Assembly: GCA_010909165.1 (NCBI GenBank) | Contig: VJWM01000011.1 | Coordinates: 1,426,001 to 1,490,000, forward strand | DNA length: 64,000 nucleotides | Direction: 5' to 3' | From: Anthoceros angustus | Taxonomy: Eukaryota; Plantae; Anthocerotophyta | In this document: positions 1 through 12,129 of the stretch, piece by piece | How the letters are laid out: every line of letters starts with the position of its first letter | Numbering within the stretch: the stretch's first letter is position 1 | The notes under the pieces: generated by a model | The model's database searches: none | What the model was told of the DNA's origin: nothing | What the model saw: the letters and a program-made list of their open reading frames with translations, nothing else | Made by a program: the position numbers and the translations under genes

Positions 1-445
1 TGGCGATCTCCCGCACCTTGGTACGGGTGTAGTCGTGGCCGCGGTACGAGAGAGTACTGTCCGAGGTGAATCCGCTCTTTTTGTTGAAGATGGCGGTGAA
101 GACGAACTCCAAAGCGGGGGCGCCCACCAGGCCGTCCCACACGTAAAGGCCCTTGGCCTTGCCAATAGTCGTGGAACTGGGGTCGGGGCCCTGCGTCAAT
201 GGGTCGTCCATCACCACCATGCCGCCCACGAGCGGCTTCCCTTTCGAGGGAAAGGTTTCGGGGATGCCTTGCAAGGGAGGCACCGCGAAAAAGGCAGTAG
301 CATTAGGCGCCAGGAGATCGTCGTGCATGAAGTAACTGAATTCCACGAAATTCTCTTTTCCCGCCCAGCACGGCTGCACCCAGGATCCGCTCGCCAAAAG
401 GAGGAGGAGAGCTGTGGTCGCCATCGCCATCGCCCCCACCCGCAT
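1..445 (-). CDS. DIR: Dirigent protein (secreted); 3' end runs off the window
   Basis: Manual translation of the minus strand from ATG 445 (absent from the ORF track): MRVGAMAMATTALLLLLASGSW (signal peptide)...FSYFMHDDL...GGMVVMDDPLTQGPDPSSTTIGKAKGLYVWD...FVFTAIF...DSTLSYRGHDYTRTKVREIA. These match the dirigent motifs FYFHD, V.DDPLT.GP, G.AQG.Y and STL...RE. Confidence 0.88.
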   Translation of the reverse strand, partial: MRVGAMAMATTALLLLLASGSWVQPCWAGKENFVEFSYFMHDDLLAPNATAFFAVPPLQGIPETFPSKGKPLVGGMVVMDDPLTQGPDPSSTTIGKAKGLYVWDGLVGAPALEFVFTAIFNKKSGFTSDSTLSYRGHDYTRTKVREIA

Positions 446-694
446 CCGATGCCTCTTGACGCCCAAGAAAGTGCAAGTGCACCTTCTCATGCCTCTGTCG
501 ACGCTCAAGGAGTAGGCTCTCTGGGCTCAGCCAATGCAGCTTTAATGGACCAGCTGCAGCTGCGGGACGTGCTTGTGACTCGAGGACTAAAGCGGCATAT
601 ACGACCAGTCACAGTGAACTGCCACACTCCAAACTCGCTTTTGGTGTCCGAGACATCCTCATCCCTCATCCTCACCCTCATGCATGTGGTGTCA

Positions 695-757
695 TGCATT
701 TCCTGTCTTGTTGCATTTCCTGTGTTGCTGCATTTCCTGTCTTGTTGCATTTCCTAC
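695..757. repeat. 17-bp tandem repeat (TGCATTTCCTGTCTTGT), ~3.6 copies, upstream of the dirigent gene
   Basis: Units read directly at 695, 712, 729 and 746. Confidence 0.8.
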
Positions 758-1481
758 CTTTCTGGAACTTTTCCCTTCCGTTTATGTCTTATGTTGCTCT
801 CACGCTGCATGTTGCTCTATCTGTTGACCATGTATGTTATGTTGCTCTGTTCACCATGGTCTGTATTGTTTTCTGGCTTTGTTGCAAGCAGGTCGGGCCA
901 TGGAGGAAGCTGATTGGGGATGCAGCTGCTCTAGTCCTAGTCCCACCCCAACGTCTTCTGGAAAGCGAGGGAGTTCACCGCCAAGCCTAGTGCCTGGTGA
1001 TGAGATGAGCCCATGTTCGGGAAATCCTCGTACTGGACACAAGCTGTGTTCACGAAGCCTTCCCTGTATGTGACTGCCACCTGCGAAGTCGTCCAACTTG
1101 GTATGTGGAACCCTTTCTTCATCAGGTGACTCGAAGTCAACCATGAGCATGGGTGGAAGGAGGTTGCAGGTGCCAATGCTACATTCTCCCAGTGCAGCTG
1201 ACGGTCCAGGTGCAGGTGGCGATGTCCAGATGAGGTGCAGGTGCCAATGCCACTTTCTGCGGGTGCAGTCCAGCCTCGCTATTCTGCAGCAATTTCCCAT
1301 GGCCAGGTCCTGAGCACAGCTTAACTGCCCGCTGTCCAGCAGCTTTGTAGGCACTGCCATTCACCATCCAGGTCAGTCCACCAACCCTGGCCTGGCTGCT
1401 GTGAAGGCTGTGCGCGTAGCGAGGACGCGTTTGTGAGCAGCCTAGTCTTGTCCATGCACCTCCGACAGCGGTCCCTGGACG

Positions 1482-2747
1482 ATGGCCACAGCGAAGGCTC
1501 AAGCTTCTTTTCTTCTCTTTGCACGTCATTGGCTTTCAGGCGGGACCCAGCAAATTCCTGCGTGCACAGGGATTCAGCGAGGAGCTCCTGCTAACCTCAT
1601 CTTAGGGAGTCGACCCCTGGCAAGCAAAGCCTCCAGGTGCAGCAGTGTAAGGAGCCCAGCACTTCCTCTTCTGAGAAAGTGTGTGGGTAGGGACGGGTTT
1701 TCCAGCGATGGGCGTTGCCAGGAGCAGGAGCACTTGTGGCAACAATTTTCTCTGGACCCTACCATGTGGTGGGACGACAGACGAGATAAGAAGAGCTCCC
1801 GTTCTCCTGACTTCCGGCGAAAGGGGTCCAGCGAGGTGCTGTGCTTAAGCCAGCTTGGGTTGATGAGCAGCTCATTTCCTTGGATATGCAGATGGGCCAT
1901 GGTGCCAGTGTGAGGAGCCCAGCACTTCCACATCCGATCGGCCCATGCTGCCAGTGGAAGGAGCTCAGCACTTCCACATCCGATGGGCCATGGTGCCTCT
2001 CCTTCCGAGTCCAATCGGAAATGGGCGTCGTTACTGCTGTTACCGTGAGCACGTTACGTCAGCAGGGGAAGCTTTCTGAGGCCGTTGGAGCCCTGGAATC
2101 TCTGGCGCACACAGACTCTCCCATTTCTCAGTCTCTCTTCTACACAGCGAACAAGGATTTGGTTGTGGAGCGACGAGTTCATGATCTCATTGTCAAACTT
2201 GGATAAGAGTCGTGTGCATACTTGCTCACCAGGGTGGGCGAACCAGATGCCTTCATGTGGTTTTCCATAATATCCGCATATGCCAAGCACGCGAAACCTA
2301 ATGAGGCCATACAACTGTATCATGAGATGCGTAGGTCAGGAGTTAAGGCGGATGCTCACGTCTTCGTAGCTGCCCTTCAGGCTACCGACTGCATTGCTGC
2401 CGACTTGGAATGTGGCAGAAAAGTGCGCTTAAGGTAGAGAGCACGAATGCCCGTCAGAAGCAGGAAGGAGGCCAGGTACCTCATACAAAGTTGGTGTTGA
2501 AGCTAATGTCTGAGAAGGAAAAGGAAGATGTGCTTTGCGGGCATGCTGAGAAGCTAGCTCTGGCGTTTGGTTACTTGAACACTGAGTGGGACACCTCTGG
2601 TGGTAACGACGAATCTACGCATGTCAGTGACTGCCACAGTTCCACAGAGATCATGTCAAGGCTTGAACAAAGAGACATTGTGGTAAGGGAGGATACCGTG
2701 TGCATCGAATTGCAGATGGTTGTTGCAGTCGTAAAGGTCAACCGTGA
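1482..2747 (+). pseudogene. Degenerate PDF-motif + PLS-PPR + DYW:KP gene with an internal deletion, frameshifts and stops
   Basis: HLWQQFSLDPTMWWDDRRDKKSSRSPDFRRKG..KPAWVDEQLISLD at 1731-1885. Then GKLSEAVGALE..., EPDAFMWFSIISAYAKH...DAHVFVAALQA (same N-terminal repeats as the intact PPRs at 15.5 and 20.6 kb). Then directly GGQVPHTKLVLK...EKEDVLCGHAEKLALAFG...NLRM(C)SDCHS...IVVR.GYRVHRIADGCCS.KGQP* across ~3 frameshifts. Confidence 0.85.
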
Positions 2748-3794
2748 GAATAATGGAGGACTACCCAGAGCTCAAGCGTGTACTGTGAGGAATTTTGCGT
2801 TTGTGGGGTGAATGTGCTTGGTTAACTCCATCCCTGTCCAAACGGAGACACCAACATGACATACCTCCGGTGAAATATTCTAGACAGATTTAATTGGGAG
2901 ATCGTGGCGACAGTCCGAAATCTCTTCCTTCCAGAAGGACAGGCAGCTGCGGAAGAACAAAAAAGGATTGCTCGATGACATAGTAGTATTAATGCGCAAT
3001 ATTCGGGCCGCCAGAGACATGCGATTTCTCCAAGTTCAACACGGTTGCCATCCACTGCACGACAATATCTGTCTCCAGACCTGCGCACGAAAGAGCAGGC
3101 CAGGTTTTGTGCTCCATGTGCAACAGACACCGGGTGCACGCTTAGCTTTCCACATTCCTGCACCAGAATCAGCAACGTAACCTAAAGTTGTCTCCTGAGG
3201 TTTGCACCTCTGTTTCCTCTGAATCTGTGCTACGCGAGATCCAAAGGACCTGCGTCCTTGAAGGTCGTTCCTCTACTGTACCTGGATGACTGGGTCTATC
3301 TGCCTGATGCAATGCAGCATCCCTGCCGTACCGTTTTAGGCAGACCGTGTTTCATCAGGCAAGGAAAAGTGCAGCAGGGCCACAGGAGACAGCTGAGGAG
3401 AGCAGAGCCTGGAAGCGTGTGCGTACATATGTATAGTTGCTGTTTAAAGGCGCGGGTGGGCCTTCCCTTCGGACACGGCAAACGAGACCAGCGGCAGCAG
3501 AACGAAATTGTCGTTACCAGCAGCAGCAGCTTTGGACTGGAGGCCGGGTAGGGCACACTTGCCGGTGCCACGCCACGCCATCCCACGCCAGCCCAGGCCA
3601 CGCCGTGTCCGAAGCTTGGCACACTGGGCAATGCGGGCAACACAGCTTCACTACAGATACTGACTGCACACACAGACTTCCACATTCTGGTCCCGAAATC
3701 CTCCCCCTTCCAATCATCCGGCGGCGCCTGTCCCACAGACCACTTCGACGGCCCACAACATTTGCCCACACGAGACGCGTATCACTCCTCGGCT

Positions 3795-6700
3795 ATGGCT
3801 GCCCAGGTGAGACTCTGCGCGGAGCCCACAAAGCTGAGAGGCTTTTAGTACTACTGGGCAGCTTGCCGGGAACAGTAGCGCATTGCTCTCGTCGTGCCGG
3901 CAGCTCTCATTGTCGGGTACACGAGAAGCTATGTTTTTCTTTTTGTCTTTTCGGAAATGCGGGTGGTCCAAGTGTAGCATTTTCGTGTGAGTCAGGATTT
4001 GTTTTGCTCCAGCTAACTGGCAAGCGCCAAGTTGGTGGGCACGGTCTGATGGTTGTTGTATCTGGCGCAGTCCAACGAGATGGTTGGGGAGAATGGAGCT
4101 TCTGGCAATCATTTTGGTCAGCTGCGATTTGCAGGGAACTTTTGAGTTTGGTACGAAAGCTCTTACTCAGGGGGTTGAAAATGTGTTCTTGCACGAATGC
4201 AGGAGGAGAACCAAGGGTCCGAGGATCAGAGGTTTTCGTTGGGGGACTCCAGCGTAATGTGACAGAGGAGGTCATCGCTGAGGTGATTGAAAGTTTTGGG
4301 CAACCTTCCAACCGTTCAGTGATCAGCCGAAAGGGTGTGTATACGACTGGTTTGAGTGTCGTTGTCCTGACTGTTACGTAAGTTGTTCTGTAGCTTTTTT
4401 CGAAGTGTGGAGAGGTGGCTGAGATTCGGATTATGAAAGATCATTCTGGATCTCCGAAGGTGAGGAAACTCTACTTCTGCTTCCCAAACAAGTTGCTGGA
4501 AAGAGTCCACGCAGACAATTGGTGACAAATCATTGTAGGGTTCGCTGATCCTGGATGTCGTTTAGTAGGGTACTGTTTTGTGCGGTTTACAACAAAGAAG
4601 CCGCCCTGAAGGCTCAGAAAGAGAAAATGGAACCACGGTATGTAGTCGTCATTTCTGCTGCTCTGCCTCTTCAACTTGGATGGAAACGTTTTCTGATCTG
4701 TCTGGCTTGTCAACTGAATCACGAAAAGGCTGCTGGCATATCTATTCTTTCTGACGAAGGTTTGCTTGGCTGATGAAGCTGCAAGGGAAGAAGATTGGAG
4801 TCACTCCATCCACCGATCAAGATACCCTTTTTCTTGGAAATCTACGTAAAGGTATGTTCATGCTGGTACTTGGATGTTTCCGATCCAGCCAGTCCGTTTG
4901 TTGTGAATCCCCTCTATGTGTACACGCATGGGCGTTAGCCATGATGTGATTTGCTGCTGGGCATGCAGAGTGGGAACTGTGGAGGTTGACCAGATGGTGA
5001 GGCAGGTGAGGATTTGTCTGGATTGTCTGATCCTTTACTTTCTCCGCACAGTTTGAATGTTTGAATGTTGATAACTCCAGTTTTTTAATCTTTGATGTTG
5101 CACATGCTACAGGCATTCCAAGATGTGCAGTCAGTCGAATTGGCTATGCCACCAAGCACAGGGGAGTCACCCACTAACAAGAAACGACAAAATCGAGGCT
5201 TTGCCTTTGTGCATTTCGCTAGCCATGCTGTAGGTGACAAACCAACCTCCTTTCGCTAATATGCCCTGGTTAGCACTTGTGGCAGTGTGCATAGATGCCT
5301 GATGTGCAATTCTTGTATGTTCAATTTCCTGACTGATTGTGTACCCAGGCAGCAGCCTTCTCGTTGGCTGTTCTGGGAGAGGTTGGAGTGCACTAAGAGT
5401 GGCTTGTCTTGCAAATTTGTGTACTGATTGGGTCACCCATTTGGCGTTGGCATTGGGCAGTGCATGGCAACACACTGCATGGCTATGCTCCTCATAGCTT
5501 TCAAGGCTGCAGCAATCCCTATGCATGGTCAATGTTCCGTCTATTCATTCCATGGTCTTCATCAATTCTACCAAAATCAATTCCCTCAAATGCAGTTTCT
5601 TAATCTAGGTCGTAGAGCACTAATATATTTCTCTCATTCCTCGGTACAAAATATCCTTGGTGGTGTGGTAGTTCAGTCATGGTGATTGCAAGGTCGTAAC
5701 ATTGACATGGTAAGACACATACAATGCGATGCATCCAGTGTCACTGGTGATGATCCACTGTAGTACAGGACCATGAACCTCTAATTCATCCCTGATTCCT
5801 GACTTCCTGACCTTTGCGTCTATGTTGAATGAGCTGGAAGGCTTTCTTACTCCCTGAGACCCATTGGGATGATGGGGTTTTCAGACTGATGGGATGTGTG
5901 ACTTGGCTTCTTTTCTTAAACGAGAAAACAAGCCAACACCCTCACCTACATTAAACTTCAGATCACGCCACTGGCCATCCTCATTCAAGTTTAGGGCCTG
6001 GAAAACGTGAAGGTCAGTTTGAAAGAACCATTGTTGCTAGGCCTCTTAATTGGTATGCTCTTCCGCTGATCTTTTGAGCTGATCGGTCATGTGTATCTTG
6101 AGTCATCTCCTCCACTGTATGATCTGGTACTTCTATTCAAGTTGTATCAAGTCACCATCGGGGATATCAGGCTTGATCAAAGTCGAAATCTGGCATCCTT
6201 CCTTTTGATCTGGTCACAATGGGAAATTCCATCACAGGCTGCAGCACGTGCGTATCGAGTAGCCAGCAGACCTGATTTCATGCTTGGAGGAAAATGGCGA
6301 CCTGCGATCGACTGGGCTGAGAATGAGCCTGAACCGGATCCTGATGAAATGGCTAAGGTATTTGAAGGCTAAATATTCACTTGTTGATTTTAGTAAAAAA
6401 ATACAATCATATTAGGCCGTTGAAATCATTGTGGAGAACTTGTGCAGGTGAAAACAGCGTTTGTGGGTAACCTTCCGAACAACGTCAATGAGGAATTTTT
6501 GCAAACTCTCTTTGAGCCGTTTGGAAAGGTAAGTCGGCCTTTACCATCTTTGTTCATTGTTATCATCCTTCGGATCTCTCAATTCTTCCCTTTTGTTCAC
6601 CTTGTCCGTAGTGACAGTTTCTTGTTTACAGATAGAGCGGGTGGCCATATCAAGAAAGAGCAACATTCCTGTAGGCTTCGTACACTTTGCACAGCGCTCG

Positions 6701-8623
6701 GTAGACAATCTCATCCACGTTTGCAGCTGAATTTACTGTGTATGAGCTTTAATAAATCTGATGTGTCATTCAATTAATAAACTCGTTTCTTGCTTCAATC
6801 CTCAAGTTGACATCGCATGAAACATCAGGAACTTGATGTTGCTATCAAGGAGCTAGATGCCAGAACAATTGATGGGCCAGATGCTGGTCCCAAATTCAAG
6901 CTACAGGTATTGGAGCACTAATCCTGCTCAGACAGTCATGCAATCCACTGTTTAGTACCGAGACCTCATGAGCTTGAATGCATGATCAGGTGTCACTGGC
7001 TAAGCCTGCTGATAAGGCTCGAAAGCGAGGTCGGGAAGATAATGCCAGTTCTGTGCTGTTGGCGGCAGCACCAGCAGTGAAGTTTGCTAGTCCGCTTGGT
7101 GCTTTCAGCCCTGTGGTAACCGCTGGAGCATATGGGGAATACACAGATTATGTTGTAGCTAAGAACCCTCGTGTAACAAACAAGCAGTACCCCCTTCCAG
7201 AGGTAATCAGCTTGTCTCAAGATGTGATCTTCTAGGGCAAATCACTGAAACAACAGTGTCTGTGCATCACTTGATGAAGTCGAGGTCATCTGCAGGTAGT
7301 TGATCCGTATGAGCTTGCCGTTCTCTCTTTAAGGCCAACAGTTGCAGATAAGCTGACGCAAATTTTCCGGCAGGGCCTTGCAACTCGTCAGGATGTAAGC
7401 AGCCTTCCCTTCGCTACCTAGTGCTTCACACAGTTGTGGTGGATACAACCCTGACTGATACGTTGTCCTGAACAGGTTGACATCCGTGCTTTGGAGAGTC
7501 TCAGAGATCTACCAGAGCAGGCTGCGGTTTCTGCACTTGATCAGGTTAACTGGAAGGATGTCCTGTCGTGAACTTCGTAGATCCTAACTTCGTCTCTCCC
7601 TCCAGGTTGCTGAGCGCGATTCTGTTGACTGCAGTTTGCTGTGTCGAGCTTCGCCGATGTCCGTAGCAAAGGTGCTTACTTGGTTGGTGTCATAAACCGG
7701 GTACGTATCATCTGCTGCAGCTGGTCGACGTCACAATAGTCTGCAGAGAGTTGCAAGATAACTAAAACCACCGTCCAGTAGGCCTGTTATCAGTCTCATT
7801 TTGGTACAATGTCTGGTCCTCAGCTTTCCAATCCTCATGCTGAAGATAACGACAAACAGTCTCTACTGTCCAGCATTACCGACAATAGGCCCTCGAAAAA
7901 CAAGGTGCTAGTCGCCTGTAAATGCAGACTTCCTTCTAATAACAGCCACTAATAAGAGATCTGGAATCCTCCCCACCTAGACCCACAAACATGAACTAGA
8001 CCTTGCCCGATCACTTTGGACCCCGTTTTTACTATGCTCCCTGTGTTTCTCCTGATCACAGGTGCGTCGAGACCTTCGTGACAAGGGAGGGGTACAAGAC
8101 TTGGCTGGCAGGGGGAGCAGACCATCTGGTTATGGTGGGCGTAGCCATGTTGCAGTCAGAGACAGCAGAGTACTAGGCATGGGAACTGCTGCCCGGACGC
8201 GTGTACCGGAACCCCCTCCCATGCCTTATGCTGATGTGGAGCCGAAAATGCTTGGGTACGTGAAATGTTTCAAGTACATCCTTGATTGGTTCCTCCTGTG
8301 GGTTCCTTGTATCAACATCTGAGATCAGCATTGTCTGTCGCAGTTATCATGTGTATGGCAACGTGCGACATGTTTCTGCCCACCCAGAGCCGTTCCTTCA
8401 CAGAATGCCAAGTGGTGTGAATGACAGTTACGGGCTTGCCTCCTACAGATCGCCTGTGGGTGCAGGCCCCATGGCCGGAGCACTGATACCTCAGATGATG
8501 ATTGGAGCTCTCGATCGACGAGGCTTCAAATTTGATCCTTACACAGGGGAGCCCTTTAAGTTCGACCCATTCACCGGCGAGCCATTGCAAGCCGGCCCCA
8601 GAATATTTGGTAAGTTTTACTGA
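3795..8623 (+). CDS. hnRNP Q/R-like RNA-binding protein (3 RRMs plus acidic-domain-like region), multi-exon
   Basis: Exons joined at GT-AG sites: GSEVFVGGLQRNVTEE / LFSKCGEVAEIRIMKD / GYCFVRF / DTLFLGNLRK / NRGFAFVHFASHA / AAARAYR...WAENEPEPDPDEMAK / VKTAFVGNLP / VGFVHF / VSLAKP / VDIRALESLRDLPEQAA / FAVSSFADVRSKGAYLVGVINR, ending FKFDPYTGEPFKFDPFTGEP...* at 8623. The start ATG at 3795 is inferred, and the small exon near 4970-5010 is ambiguous. Confidence 0.88.
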
Positions 8624-10050
8624 TCGTCTCGGGGTCACAATTTTGTACTAGTAGACTCGTTGTCCTAAATGCACTTGTAACTTTGTGTCTAGGTATGTAA
8701 CAAAAAAAAGCTCTTTATATATAATTTTATCCTTTAAAACTTTGTGCTGTATCACTTTGCAAACCTTCAGCACACAAAGGTTGAAAATCGATTTCGTCAA
8801 GATACGGAAAAAGAGAACCTCTAGGTATTTATGTATATAAAATCATCTTTATATATCAAAAATATTATAATGATTTTATATCATAAAAATAACAAAAATA
8901 TACCGTATATAGTTCCATTCTATGCTGGACTAGGGACAGGACTATAATCACCTGCGGTTGCAATTGTACAGTTTGATCCTATGGGAGATGGATCCAAACT
9001 CAAAAGTTTGACAACATCAGGTGATTCTCCGTTAGTGTAGTACTGATATTGCAATGAGTGTCGAGGCATTAAGACTAATCCATTATCACATATGCTCTTT
9101 CGAAGATCAATAAACTTCTGAGATGTAATATGTAGACCCATGAAAAGTCCGAGCAATTCACACGTATCTTGGGAGCACAATCGCAATCCTTCCTTTTGGT
9201 GAAGCATTATAGAACTCGACCACGTATCTCACTTGATTTGATGTTTCATTTTTTTGTGCTTCATGTGTTAGAACGCCTGCATCCAAACAAATGGGATCCA
9301 CCTTTGGGATGTCTGCAACCAATAAAAAGTTCCAATGTTATTAGAATGGAATGATAAAGCTTTTGTTGTGTCTATAGAGAAAAACACGACTAATTACCAT
9401 TTCCCGCTTCTTGCAAAAAGTCATGATGCGTGTTCTCAAGCTCAGAAACAAGAAAAGAGCGCTTGAGATTGGTGCCTTGCGAAATATCTTCATGCCTATT
9501 CTCGAGATCTGAAACAAGAAGAATACGTTCTTGCTTGTCTTCAAACTTAGAAGTGACATCATTTGTTGCTTGCTTGGTTCCTATTTCAACTCAATCATGA
9601 AGAAAACTAGTCAATGATCACCATACAAAATCTTTACATGTGATGCTATACTCAAGCATATATAATAAAACCATATCTTTTCCAATGTAAAAAACTCGCA
9701 CCTGAGAAACCTTGTTTTAACTCAATCAAAGAATCTAAGTTGTTATACAATGTAATACAACAAAGAATTGTAATCAACATAAAACTTTGCTTGACCCATG
9801 AGATCACCATATTTGGTAGATCAAGAGAAAACAAACAAACAACAAATCATCAAAAGTAGGCAAAGTCATACATATATAGCAAAAAAAAGTAAAAATTCAT
9901 CGATGATGTCTTTTAAGGTTATTTAAATAATTGATAATTTTAAATTTATTTAAAATTATATTATTATTTTTTAAAATACGTTATCTAAGAATAAATATAA
10001 TACATATACTTAAAAATATCTTCTTTCAATCTTTCCTTGATGACGGACAC

Positions 10051-10150
10051 TGTAACCACTAGGCGTTCATTGGAACTCCGTTATTAACCGCAGAATGAAT
10101 GTAACCACTAGGCGTTCATTGGAACTCCATTATTAACCCCAGAATGAATG
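10051..10150. repeat. 49-bp tandem repeat, 2 copies
   Basis: TGTAACCACTAGGCGTTCATTGGAACTCC(G/A)TTATTAACC(G/C)CAGAATGAA at 10051 and 10100. Confidence 0.85.
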
Positions 10151-10709
10151 ACAATGAAGGCGTGGTGTTGGGCAAGGGTTCGTGCAATAAGATGGATAGG
10201 GTTTGAGGCAAAGATGGCCCTTTACTTCAGATCAGGCAGGTACTTAAAGTAATCCTACTAGATAAGAGAAGCTAATTAGCTGCTATGTGTCGGGTACGAT
10301 TGTGGCGCGACTTTTGCTGACGGCCAGCCGGGCGCGCACAATCCCGTGTCGTTGTAGGAAGGAGTCCGTTCCCAAGGGAATGGTCTCGTGCTTATTCCGC
10401 TCGAGCTCTTATCGCCTGAACGGACTTCATCGAGTTGGGTCCGGCTCCACAACCCTAAGTGTGTGCCCTCCACAACTCGTCGGACCGGTAGCACCACCGG
10501 ACCTTCCCACAAACCCCGCCGATTTCTCCAAGATTACCGAACAGTTTAACGACGCTGCCTTCGCCCACGACTCTAGCGCCCGCCCTCAACTCGTCCGCCA
10601 CAACTCCACCTCAACACACACGCCGTAACACGACCCTTCTCCCTTATCCATTCCTAGTAGTCACAACACCAACACGCCGATGTATTCACACCAGCCGCCT
10701 TTGCCCCTT

Positions 10710-10990
10710 CCGGCCGCTTCACGCTCATGGAGAAGTGGCTTGCACTGCATCCCCACCTCCGTTCAGAAGATCCAAGGATGGCTTCCGCCAGTCACCCCAA
10801 GCGCCTCCTAATCCTCCGGCCGCTTCACGCTCATGGAGAAGTGGCTTGCACTGCATCCCCACACCTCCGCTCCAGCCTCCAAGGATGGCTTCCGCCCAGA
10901 AGTCACCCCAAGCGCCTCTAATCCTCCTACCGCTTCACGCTCGGAGAAGTGGCTTGCACTGCATCCCCACCTCCGTTCAGCCTCCAAGGT
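10710..10990. repeat. ~106-110-bp tandem repeat, ~2.6 copies
   Basis: CGCTTCACGCTC(AT)GGAGAAGTGGCTTGCACTGCATCCCCAC... units start near 10710, 10816 and 10926. Confidence 0.85.
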
Positions 10991-11439
10991 TAGTCTCGCA
11001 CCCGAGAAATCACCCGCGAGCACCTCCTGAGCTCAGGTCCGACCCCGGTCTGCACCCATCAAGCGTGTTGGCGGAGCTCGTCACCAGAGCTCTAAACACA
11101 TCCCTCTACCACCAATTAATCCTGCACGGTGACGCAGGAACTCACTCCGCTCCTCGAGCACGGAAGGCAAGAGCACACGGAGCGCGAAGATGGTACCCGG
11201 GATAGTCTGCCGTCTTGGACGCCAGGCCTTCCTATATACTCCCATACCCTAACCTAACCCGCCTATGTATGTATCCTAACCCGCTATGTATGTACCCTAA
11301 CCACAGGTCGTGGTAATCACGGACGTAGCTCATCACCGCGCCGACTTCTTGCACCAGCCTTCCGCCAAACAAGAGATCCATGCCAGCGATGCCCACCAAA
11401 CTAAACCACCCACCGACCACTCGGTTGCCACCGACCTCA

Positions 11440-11825
11440 AGGACGGACCACTCCGACCTCTCAAGGACGGACCACTCCATCGGACCTTGCCCGACGACCA
11501 CCCGTGACCTCGCCGACGGACCACTCCATCGGACCTCGCCCGGACGACCACCCGTCGGACCGCCCGGACCACTCCGACCTCGCCGACGGACCACCCGCCG
11601 GACCTCGCCCGGACGGACCACCCGCCGACCGCCCGGACGGACCACTCCGCCGGACCGCCCGGACGGACCACCCGCCGGACCTCGCCCGGACGGACCACCC
11701 GTGACCGCCCGGACGGACCACTCACCGGACCTCGCCCGGACGGACCACTCCGGACCGCCGACGGACCACCGGACCTCGCCCGGACGGACCACTCCGACCT
11801 CGCCAGACGGACCACTCCGTCTCCA
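11440..11825. repeat. GC-rich degenerate minisatellite (GGACGGACCAC / GGACCTCGCCC cores)
   Basis: More than 10 copies of GACGGACCAC interleaved with CCGGACCTCGCCC. This explains the low-complexity ORFs in all frames here. Confidence 0.85.
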
Positions 11826-12129
11826 ACGGACCGAGGGTCTAGGATTGCACCGTAAGTGCAATCTGGCCGAAAATGGCCTTATTGGCTAACTCCTCCCTAT
11901 CCCTCTTAACAGTAACGACCCGAAAAAAAAGCAAAACAAGCCGCCAAGAGTACGGACATCGGATTTGGCACTCCACAACGATCCTGCGATCCAATACGTA
12001 TCCTAGTTCTTGTGAATCCAATAGTGTATCACGTAGTCTTCACCCCATTCACACTCACACACTAACACACTATGTACTATTCTCAACCCTGTTCACACTT
12101 GTGGAAATGGAAAGCACACACCACTCACA

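Larger units (their letters stand above)
10284..12100 (-). mobile_element. Probable 3' LTR region of a gypsy element (GC-rich, with internal tandem repeats)
   Basis: 10370-10384 (TCCCAAGGGAATGGT) is the exact reverse complement of 59664-59678 in the gypsy LTR at 59 kb, and similarity continues on the flank. The region lies downstream of the minus-strand gypsy pol remnant. Boundaries are approximate. Confidence 0.5.

Noticed and set aside
35-913. 292-aa plus-strand ORF
   Set aside because: It is the antisense shadow of the dirigent gene plus low-complexity upstream sequence.
1085-1110. VPHTKL on the minus strand, echoing VPHTKL in the DYW:KP remnant
   Set aside because: The match is six residues only, with no flanking DYW similarity; treated as coincidence.
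8900-9850. Minus-strand ORFs in the AT-rich region after the hnRNP gene
   Set aside because: Short, no recognisable domain, and no consistent exon chain could be built.
11232-11889. Long Arg/Gly/Pro-rich ORFs on both strands
   Set aside because: They arise from a GC-rich minisatellite that lacks stop codons.
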